Shown here: positions 1 through 9,049 of the stretch, piece by piece
Layout: each line of letters starts with the position of its first letter
Numbering within the stretch: position 1 is the stretch's first letter
Notes under the pieces: model-generated
What the model saw: the letters and a program-made list of their open reading frames with translations, nothing else
What the model was told of the DNA's origin: nothing
The model's database searches: none
Position numbers and translations under genes: made by a program
NCBI RefSeq assembly: GCF_006345805.1
Contig: NW_021825167.1
Coordinates: forward strand, 1 to 16,408
Reading direction: 5' to 3'
Source: Octopus sinensis
Taxonomy: Eukaryota
Length of the DNA: 16,408 nt

Positions 1-80
1 TTAGATGAATACAATTATATATATCCCAAAACCGGTGTAAAGAATTTGTCTTCCATACTTTGATACAAACGTTCATATGT

Positions 81-81
<1 letters not shown>

Positions 82-134
<53 letters not shown>
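82..134. repeat. (GT)n microsatellite
   Basis: Near-perfect GT run seen directly. Confidence 0.97.
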
Positions 135-136
<2 letters not shown>

Positions 137-337
137 AGTGTTTTTGTGTGTGTGATTATTCTATAGACATATATGTTCTGCAGGCACAAATACACGATGA
201 CATTTTAATGATGCAACATCTATCGTCTCCTCAAACCGCGGTCTCGGCTCTAAATCTCCACCAAACAGCTGTGACTGCAGCATGAATATCATACAAATAT
301 TTCGACACCTTTAATCAACAATAAACTCCAAAGCAGA

Positions 338-339
<2 letters not shown>

Positions 340-372
<33 letters not shown>
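340..372. repeat. (TA)n microsatellite
   Basis: Perfect TA run. Confidence 0.97.
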
Positions 373-374
<2 letters not shown>

Positions 375-1077
375 ACATGACAATGGAAGGGTGGAGATGG
401 CAACGAAGAAAACTTATACGCTTGCGTTTTTTCTACTTTTTAAATAGCATCAAAATTTCTCTCTCTCTCATCACACCTACTGCCATGAAATATTGAAAGA
501 TACTTTGCACAATGTGACTCAGACTACTGAGAGAAAATAGCTGTTGTAACGCCTGAAGGAAAATAGCTGCTGTTGCGTCTTTCCTTATCGACTTGTCCCA
601 CTATGGCCGCCCAAGGGTTAAACGATAAAAAAATGCTCAACTTCAGCGTTTTTCCTTTGCCTAAAATTATGGAATGCCGGTTTTGGTTTGTTCGCGTCAG
701 TCTCCGGAGCTCAACCCTATTTCAGATTTGTATTCGATAATGTTTTAGTGAGATATTATTTATTCGTCACACTCCAAAAACGGCATGCATTAAATTATTG
801 ACCAAAGAACAACAAAAGCAAACCAGAAACAGTTTGTAACATGATAAAAGCAACGTAGACTTTGAGGTTAATCATGTGACCAGGGCTGATAATTACATTG
901 CGTTTATCGACAGAACTTTTTTGTAGTCGTAATAAGAATAACTAATTTAATTTCAGCAGATATCACAATGTTTTACTAAAACAACTATCAGGATATTGGC
1001 AGCGTTTGTAATTCCTTCCTCGGAATGAGACAAATTTGTGGAACTTGTAAGTTGATAACAGTAATACATTCACTACT

Positions 1078-1155
1078 GTGTGTGTGTGTGAGTGAGTGAG
1101 TGTGTGTGTGTGTGTGTGTGTGAGTGTGTGTGTGTATGGTTGTGTGCGTGTGTGT
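1078..1155. repeat. (GT)n/(GAGT)n compound microsatellite
   Basis: Seen directly. Confidence 0.95.
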
Positions 1156-1477
1156 ACGAGTGGGCGTGAGATGAAAGCGTTAGACTCACGAATGTTTGAT
1201 TGTGTTAAGTTCCTCGACTGGGTGATACGGTGTCTCCAAGAGTATGACGCATGGCACCAGTATATCCAGAGGTAAACAACCACCACCTGGGACAATTCTC
1301 TCTCTCCCCACCCCAGCTGTTACATACGTGATGCCTCACCAGATGAAGGGGGCGAGAGACGAGGAGGTATTTATGTCTCCCCGTATCTCAGTAGAAAATA
1401 ACAGAAAAGGTACAATCTACGAAGCCATACACATTTGTGCTTCACGGTTAAGCACGCATACAAACGGATAATTATAT

Positions 1478-1543
1478 TCACACACACACACACACATGTA
1501 CACATATGCATACACACTACGCACATACACTCATGTACAGATA

Positions 1544-1595
<52 letters not shown>

Positions 1596-1605
1596 TAGTA
1601 TATAC
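1478..1605. repeat. (CA)n/(TA)n compound microsatellite
   Basis: Seen directly. Confidence 0.95.
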
Positions 1606-1619
1606 ACGCACCATATATT

Positions 1620-1672
1620 ATATATAATATGAAAACTCCACTAGATGGACGAAAGCGCTATATATTATATAT
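1620..1672 (+). ncRNA. Decayed minimal type I hammerhead ribozyme motif (Penelope-like element/retrozyme type)
   Basis: ATATATAATA-TGAAAAC-TCCA(CTAGA)TGGA-C-GAAA-GCGC-TA-TATATTATATAT. Helix II stem, GAAA, palindromic helix III (AGCGCT) and an 11-bp helix I inverted repeat (1620-1630/1662-1672) are present. The CUGANGA core is damaged. Confidence 0.5.
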
Positions 1673-1788
1673 GATGTATAAAAACATGTAATATACAAAT
1701 AAATACCTGTAATATAAAACCATCGAATTCTAAGTACCTCATTTCTTCTAATATAAAATACCTGTACATCATCTTCAAACCTTCTAAC

Positions 1789-1789
<1 letters not shown>

Positions 1790-1846
<57 letters not shown>
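1790..1846. repeat. (TA)n(GA)n compound microsatellite
   Basis: Seen directly. Confidence 0.97.
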
Positions 1847-1848
<2 letters not shown>

Positions 1849-2021
1849 TAGAGAAAAAACACTATTATGCGATTCAAACAATGATGGACATAAACCATAT
1901 CATATAGAAAAAAATAAAATCTATTATAAAACATATCTAGATCACAAAAAGTGCAAAAAATGAATAAACATTATATAATAAGTAAAAAGACTACGTACGT
2001 TTCGTGGCAATAACTTTACAC

Positions 2022-2130
2022 AAACACACACACACACATACATACACACACACACACGCACGCACGCACTCACGTTTGGATGAACAAACACGCGCGCACA
2101 GGCAGGCACATACGCGCATACGCACACATA
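2022..2130. repeat. (CA)n-rich compound microsatellite
   Basis: Seen directly. Confidence 0.9.
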
Positions 2131-2324
2131 TACATGCGTAAATTGTATGTTATTTTCTCCATCACAATATGGTGTAGACAGAAGTATATGACATTACTGT
2201 GATTATCGTTATTATTATTCACATACCCTCAACAGATTAGACTGATGGAAACGAAAAGAATTCTACTACCGGGATACAACACGTAGCCTTAGATGCCAAG
2301 AGTCCTCCTGCGCATCCTACCTGC

Positions 2325-2325
<1 letters not shown>

Positions 2326-2364
<39 letters not shown>

Positions 2365-2366
2365 TA
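2326..2366. repeat. (TAT)n microsatellite
   Basis: About 13 perfect TAT units. Confidence 0.97.
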
Positions 2367-2505
2367 TACAAACATATTGAAAATTAGTAATAAAGGTGTT
2401 TTCTTGTAGTTTTCAAGAGGATGCTGTGATCCGATAATAATATGACTGATACGCTACCATCATTTCATACAATAACATCACATCTCACTCGGTCTGACCA
2501 TATGT

Positions 2506-2543
2506 TGTATGTGTTTGTGGTGTGTGTGCATACACGTATATAC

Positions 2544-2576
<33 letters not shown>

Positions 2577-2858
2577 ATATAGATAGATAGAAGATAGATA
2601 GATAGATAGATAGATGATAGATAGATGTAGATAGATAGATAGATAGATAGATAGAGTATGTATGTATTTGTTTGTGTGTGTATACACGTACATACATATA
2701 TATATTTATGTATATATATATATATGTATGTATGTATGAATGTATTGTTTGTGTGTGTGTATACACGTACATATATATATATATTTATGTAATATATATA
2801 AATATAGATAGATAGATATGTATGTATTTGTTTGTGTTTGGTGTGTGTATACACGTAC

Positions 2859-2909
<51 letters not shown>

Positions 2910-2938
2910 ATATGTGTGGTGTGTGTATATATATATAC
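2506..2938. repeat. Higher-order tandem repeat built from microsatellite modules (TATG/GT/TA/GATA)
   Basis: Anchor TACACGTA recurs at 2531, 2683, 2762 and 2850, each preceded by a TG-rich module and followed by (TA)n. Confidence 0.85.
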
Positions 2939-3506
2939 TTGGAAAATACCGCATGGTGAACCGGAATGCATCCGTATACATGTCTCTGCGTAGATGTGTT
3001 CATACATCCACGCAGCAGCCTCAGACGCAAATGAAGAAGCACATCCTTCACGTTTCCCCTCCCCCCCCTGCCGTCTTATTGATAAACTTTTACACTTTAT
3101 TGGAGCGAAGGGATAAAAATGTCCATCGTGTGTAATAGTTACATCAGAATATATCGGCAGAAGAGCCGGACTGGAAGCTTTTCCTCGGCTGGATTTCATC
3201 GCTAATATCTGCGCGTGACTGGACGTCAGAATGGGATCATAAAAATTTCTTATCGATTGTCTGTGGGGTTTTTCATATCGATCTGCTATTACTTCTCTAT
3301 CGACCACTAGTATCACATACATGCAACTGTTTATGTTTGTGTGTGTGTGTGAGTCTGTGTTTGTGAGTGTGCGGAAATGTTAACATGCGTGTATGTGTGT
3401 TTTATCATAGATGAATGTATATGTGTGTATTTACGTATCTATATATATGCATTTCGACGTACTACCGACATCAAATAACAGATTTTCACTTGTATATAAT
3501 TTTAAT

Positions 3507-3830
3507 CATCATCGCAGTCGTCGCCGTCTCCATCGTTGTCATCATCGTTGTCATCATACGCATCCATTCATTCATACATACATACATACATACACACACA
3601 TATATATATACATACATATATTGTCATCGTCTTTATCTCTCTCTCCTCTTTTCCCCGTCATTATCCCCACCATCACGTCCGCCTTCACTACCATTTCACC
3701 ACCACCACTATCGTAGTCATCATCATCGTCATCACAATCGTCATCATCGTCGTCGTCATCATTTTTGCCACTACTCTCCTTGTTTTCGTTGTCTCCTCCT
3801 CACCACCTCCTCCTTACCATCATCATAGTC
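3507..3830. repeat. Cryptic trinucleotide low-complexity region (ATC/GTC/CAC/CTC) with embedded (CATA)n/(TA)n
   Basis: Seen directly; it explains the His/Ile/Ser-rich ORFs in the track. Confidence 0.85.
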
Positions 3831-3893
3831 ATAATCGGAAGCAACTAACACAATACTTACCTTGTCACCCGATGTCCAATATGAGGCATGAAA

Positions 3894-4111
3894 AAGGCTG
3901 CGAGCCGGCAGAAACGTTAGCAAGCTGGGCGTAATGCTTACCGATCTTTCATGTCTTTTACGTTCTGAGTTCAAATTCCGCTGAGGTCGACTTTGCCTTT
4001 CACCCTTTCGGCGTCAATAAATTAAGTACCAGTTGCGCACTGGGGTCGCTCTAATCGACTGGTCACCGTCCCCCAAAATTCGGGCCTTCTGTCTAGAGCA
4101 TGAAAGAATAT
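3894..4111 (+). mobile_element. tRNA-derived SINE, octopus family A, full-length older copy
   Basis: Head GAGCCGGCAGAAACGTTAGC, B-box GAGTTCAAATTCC, central GCCTTTCACCCTTTCGGCGTCAATAAATTAAGTACCAG. Aligns with copies at 10387, 10577, 15325-15714 and 16292 in this window. Confidence 0.92.
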
Positions 4112-4384
4112 GTGACAGGAAAACCTTCAAATGACATCCCACTGTTCTACTTAGAAAAGATACATTCGATTATATAATTTATAGACACCATATCTTAAAG
4201 ATTTGCAGACGCATGCCGTGTTAAGAGATTTCATGTTAACGGGATTTCGCGTTACGGTAAGTCATTCCGGAACGCATTTATTCCGCAACGCAGAGGATTC
4301 CTTGACTCTTCAATTAAACCTGATCAATAATGGTTTGATCAAAGCTCTTTTGATTGATATCAAAGCTAAACTATACAACGAGAA

Positions 4385-4500
4385 ACTCTCTCTCTCTCCC
4401 TTCTCTTTCCCGTCTCTTTCCTCACTCTCCCCAACTTTCTCTCCTCCCTCTCTTTCCTTCCCTCTCCCTCTCCTACTCACTCTCTTCCTCTCTCCCCAAC
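4385..4500. repeat. CT-rich polypyrimidine tract
   Basis: Seen directly. Confidence 0.9.
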
Positions 4501-4703
4501 CGCCGTTGCCATCTCTCACGGTCCATGGAATTCCTTCTTCAACCATGAAGCAAAAACAAACAAGGCAGATTAAAGATAAACTCCATTATCGCGCATGCGC
4601 GTACGTCCGTTGGTGGCCTTCAGTTTAATAGTTTTCTTTATGTAGATTATGCGTGGAATTCTGATCACCCCGTATTGTGTACTCCATACTATTGGAGCTT
4701 TAA

Positions 4704-4932
4704 CTTTTATCTTTTAAATGTTTAAATCATTTAAGTTAGGCCATACTGGAGCACAACATTGAAAATTTTTAGTAGAACGAGTGTTGTCCCCAGGCCTTAA
4801 TATTTTGCTGCTTTTTATGCCTGGTACTTATCCTAACGGGTCTTTTGCCAATCTACTAAGATACGGGGTTGTAAACACTCCAATACCGGTTCTCAAGTGA
4901 TGGTGGGGACAAAAACAAATACATACGCACAC
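4704..4932 (-). mobile_element. 3' half of an octopus SINE (family B), degraded
   Basis: Minus strand reads TTGTCCCCACCATCACTTGAGAACCG...GGCAAAAGACCCGTTAGGATAAGTACCAGG...CTGGGGAC...GTGCTCCAGTATGGCC...AAAAGATAAAAG. It shares the TAAGTACCAG/CTGGGG motif with family A; the family is recognised from memory of octopus repeats. Confidence 0.75.
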
Positions 4933-5549
4933 GCGGTGTGTGTGTTTGTATCGAAGATTTAGAAGCATATAAACCTTTGGACAGCAGGGCCTGCGTATTA
5001 AAGGTGGAGAGATAGATAGCTAGCATTTAGATATTTATCTCTCCAGCCTGAAGACGGTAGCCAGGCCTAGCCAATGTTTATGTGCTTTGCCAACTGGTTT
5101 CGTATTTTTGTGAACTACATTTGCCAACACTATAAAGTAACCCTGAGCCCTCAGAAACAGCTGTATGACTTGTAACACCATTTCTTCTCCCCTTTAATTG
5201 TTTATGTCTTTGTACTTCGTGTAAGTTTTTTGTTAATAAATAAATATCTATATATTTATATTTGAATATTCATTCCATGAAACTTTTCAGTGTTAGCTTT
5301 CCCTCTATTTATGTTTTTTATGTATGAATATTTTGAATATCTAAACCAAACCATTTTATTTGTTTATTTGTATCATTATTTCCATATATGGATTCCCCTT
5401 AGAGCTACTCTTTATTCTCCCACTGAATTAGACCTCGATATATATTTCGGAGTCGTCTAAGTTCTAATCCTTTGAGCGCTACAAGGTGTGTTCTATATTG
5501 AGTATGTCTGACTCTCTCCTCTCAGTGTATCTCTATCACTGTCTGTCTA

Positions 5550-5641
<92 letters not shown>
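5550..5641. repeat. (CT)n(TA)n(GT)n compound microsatellite
   Basis: Seen directly; abuts the SINE head at 5642. Confidence 0.97.
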
Positions 5642-5644
<3 letters not shown>

Positions 5645-5923
5645 AGGCGCAATGGCCTAGTGGTTAGGGCAGCGGACTTGCGGTCGTAGGATCGCGGTTT
5701 CGATTCCCAGACCGGGTGTTGTGAGTGTTTATTGAGCGAAAACACCTAAAAAACCTCCACGAAGCTCCGGCTCTTTCACCACTCTTTCTCTCACTCTTTC
5801 TTCTGCTGGCCTGCTCGCTTAGCCAGCGGGGTGGAGTCATTCGAAGGCTAAAACAATGCGAACTCATTGTGATCAGCGATGTGTAGCAACATCTGTTGTC
5901 TGGTCGATCACGTGATCACGTGA
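5642..5923 (+). mobile_element. tRNA-derived SINE (family C), near full length
   Basis: Pol III A-box TGGCCTAGTGG (5653-5663) and B-box GGTTTCGATTCC (about 5697-5708) in a tRNA-like head. Ends in a (GATCACGT)n tail followed by (TA)n. Confidence 0.9.
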
Positions 5924-6374
5924 TATATATATATATATATACATATGTATATACATGTGTGCGTGTGTCTGTGTTTATGTGTGTGTGTGCATGTGCCTTC
6001 GAAGAGGTTCCACACAATATCCTTTAACCGAAATCTCCTTCATTGCATTATTAATTAACCTCGCTACCCCAGAATCAACCCGTTTGCCCAAACCCTCACA
6101 AGCGGTAGCAGAAGCCAGAACAACGCAACAGAGACGGAAACTTGTCGCTCGCCTAAGTTTTGCTTAAATCAAGAATTGCAGTGATTCATTGTTATCGCTA
6201 AACTGTATTCTATTCACCAGACATAAATAACTTAATATAGAGTTCTAGGAAACAGATGTGAATATTGGAATTACATGCAGGTGCGGAGAGAATATATTTT
6301 ACTCTTTGCCGACATATTTTACTGAAGTCGCCGACAATCAGGAGAAGCTAATGAAACACTGGAATGCAGCGGGT

Positions 6375-6413
6375 GGCGGCGGCGGCGGGTGGCTTCGGCG
6401 GCGGCGGCGGAGG
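6375..6413 (+). repeat. Interrupted (GGC)n trinucleotide repeat / small GC island
   Basis: GGTGGCGGCGGCGGCGGGTGGCTTCGGCGGCGGCGGCGGAGG; visibly the most GC-rich patch of the window. Confidence 0.95.
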
Positions 6414-6659
6414 CTGTTCTGTTGCAGATAGCAAATCAACCTTGTAACATGGCGACAGTTCAAAAGGTTACACTTGATGCGCTTCGGTATATGTATATAT
6501 ATATGTGTGTGAGAGAGAGAGTACATACACATATCTGTGTGTTTGTGCGTGTGTGTCAGTGTGTGTGTGTCTGAATATATGTATATGTTGAGAGAGGGAG
6601 ATAGACAAAGAGGAGGAGATCAGAAAGTAAGAGTGGAAGAACAAGAAAAATTTACTCAG

Positions 6660-6840
6660 ACATATGTATATGTATGAACGTATGTCTGTGTATATATATA
6701 TATATGGTGTGTGTGTGTGTGTGTGGTGTGTGTGTGTGTGTGTGTGTCTGTGTGTGTCTGTGAATATCTATATATATATATAATATATATATATACGTAT
6801 ATTCATGTTGCACATATATGTGTATATATGAATTTATATG
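6660..6840. repeat. (TA)n/(GT)n compound microsatellite
   Basis: Seen directly. Confidence 0.93.
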
Positions 6841-6846
6841 GATACT

Positions 6847-6981
6847 GGTGGCTGTGTGGTAAGAAGCTTGCTTTCCAACCACATAATTCCAGTGGCACCA
6901 TGGCCAAGTGTCTTCTATAGCCTCGGGCCGTCCAAAGCCCTATGAGTGGATTTGGTAGACGGAAACTGAAAGCCTATCGTG
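6847..6981 (+). mobile_element. 5' part of a tRNA-derived CORE-like SINE (family B head), B-box deleted
   Basis: A-box TGGCTGTGTGG, CORE-like GGCCAAGTGTCTTC, then GAGTGGATTTGGTAGACGGAAACTGAAAGCC ending in (TA)n. No GTTC B-box is present. Family recognised from memory. Confidence 0.8.
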
Positions 6982-7030
6982 TTTATATATATATATACAT
7001 ACATATATATATATACACCGAAATAAGTGG

Positions 7031-7392
7031 ATCTATTATCTAGGAAAATACTATTTACTTGTTTAAGGGTTGTACTGGATAAATTGCAAAAATAACTCTA
7101 GCAGGTCAAATATTAAGAAATAAGGATACTCAATTTCATTTTTACCAAATAATTTAAGAAAATGAATGGGCTATTTCCTTTGATTTTTAAAAGAAAATAT
7201 ATTAGATATATAAGGATCCCTTCCAGGGACCCTATTATCGATTTTTTTTCAACATTCTTAGTATGCCATGAGGTTTCCAGAAATGAGTTCTAATCACGTG
7301 TCAAGTTTCATCAAAATCGATAAAACGATGTAGGAGGAGTTAGCTAAGAACTCCACAGACACACCCACAGACAGAATTTCCCACATACGTAG

Positions 7393-7394
<2 letters not shown>
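7031..7394 (+). mobile_element. Probable non-autonomous Helitron-like (rolling-circle) element
   Basis: Starts ATCTA and ends TAGAT. Contains GTCAAGTTTCATCAAAATCGATAAAACGATGTAGGAGGAGTT...ACAGACAGAATT, typical of Lep1-like non-autonomous Helitron 3' regions, and a subterminal hairpin GGAGTT/AACTCC (7336-7354). Confidence 0.5.
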
Positions 7395-7423
<29 letters not shown>

Positions 7424-7455
7424 TGTATGTATGTACGTATGTATGTACGTATGTA
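7394..7455. repeat. (TATG)n microsatellite
   Basis: Seen directly. Confidence 0.97.
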
Positions 7456-7719
7456 GACGCCCGCATGTGGGCAGTGTTAAATAGCAAGCCAGCTAGTTAA
7501 CTAGACGACTGTATGCACGTTCATTGGTGGCTATAATGACATTAATTTAAGTTTGTCTACGAGTATCTGTTACACAAGAATTGCTGATACACCTGACAGT
7601 TATGACTTATGTAAATCCATTCAATATATTCATATACACTTGCATAAGTATAGCTTTGAATGTTCTTGAACGATTTATTATGTAAGTCCAAACCGCTAAC
7701 ATACACACCGCAAATACAT

Positions 7720-7784
7720 CACTATGACGTATGTACGTATGTATATAATGCATTTATGCATACATACGTACATACACACATACA

Positions 7785-7824
<40 letters not shown>

Positions 7825-7978
7825 GAGAGAGAGAGAGAGAGAGAGAGGTGTGTATTTATCTATCTATTTATCCATCTCTCTCTCTCTATGTATATGTGTA
7901 TTGCAGGTTGTACTTATCTACTAAGTATAAATGAAGATATATTTTACGTGCATACCACACGTACACACACACACACAC

Positions 7979-8022
<44 letters not shown>

Positions 8023-8035
8023 GAGAGAGAGAGAG
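7720..8035. repeat. Compound (TA)n/(GA)n/(CA)n microsatellite zone
   Basis: Seen directly. Confidence 0.9.
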
Positions 8036-8329
8036 TAGGGGAGGAAAAGGGACAGGAAAATAGAAGCTTATAAGTTTATATAGAAATATAAGTGTGTATA
8101 CGCATGAATATACTCAGATGTATAGCCAGTTTTACATACAAACAATAGCATAGTGATACGCATAACGAAATCGAATAGAGTACCACAACCATATATGCAA
8201 ACACACACACACACATACACACACGCATTACAGTCCTAAAAAGGAAAAGAAAATTGGCACTTACTCAAATACACCAGACAAAAACCACACACACACATGC
8301 ACACACACACACGCACGCACGTATGGATA

Positions 8330-8700
8330 TCACACACAGAGAGAAGAATCAACGCGAATACATTCTGAATACAAATTCGAGAGGACAGAGAAGGAATGAG
8401 TAAAGGGAAAGAGGGAGAAAATTTGGGAAAAAAAGGAGCTATAAAGAGAGAATGGGTTCTCGTGGGAGAGATAGAGATTGAGGCAAATTGAGGCAATGAG
8501 AAAAGGAGAGACAAAATATAGTAAGAATAATGGGTGGAAAGAAGTGATAGTCGAGAGAATAGTAAGAAAGAACGAGGAATTGAGAAAGGGTGATAGAGAA
8601 AGAGAGCGATGAAGAATTAAAGAGAGAGAGAGAGAGAATAAGAGGGAGAGAGGAAAGGGGAAAAGGGCAAGGAAGGTCAATATGAAAGGCGACAGAAGAC
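8330..8700. repeat. Purine (GA)-rich low-complexity tract
   Basis: Strongly A/G-skewed plus strand; it explains the Ser/Leu/Phe-rich minus-strand ORFs. Confidence 0.85.
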
Positions 8701-9049
8701 AGTATTACTTTGACACGGTTTGTTGTTTGAAGATAGGACCCAAGACTAAAAACAAAACGGCGTTACTATCGAAAATTTCGTTTGCCACATCATAATAAAT
8801 ATTCGCCATTATTTAGCTGCGCTTCACCGATTACGTTGCATTTAGAATCAAAACCATCTGTGAGTTGTGTTGGAAATGATGTCAAAATAGTCAATTTATT
8901 TTGCTTTTCCTTTCTTCGTCTCGTTTTTTGTTGCTGTTTTGTTGTTGTTGTTGTTGGTTTCCTGTTGCTTTTTAACCCTAGGATAGCCCTTCAATGAAAG
9001 ACACTTCAGCCGTGATCATCCAAACGTTTTAATATACGCTGTCGCTTCC

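Noticed and set aside
601-621. CCAAGGGTTAA as a piggyBac-like right terminus
   Set aside because: No matching TTAACCC left end is found upstream in the window.
2220-2366. (TAT)n as the tail of a LINE 3' end
   Set aside because: No recognisable ORF2 terminus on either side.
4203-4628. 141-aa plus-strand ORF
   Set aside because: Its length comes from the stop-free CT tract; no protein family resemblance.
5423-5460. CTGAATTA-GACCTCGA(TATATATT)TCGGAGTC hairpin as a hammerhead
   Set aside because: The core is imperfect, and GAAA and helix III are absent.
5642-5715. tRNA-like sequence as a true tRNA gene
   Set aside because: It continues into a SINE body and tail and lacks a clean acceptor stem; it is a SINE head.
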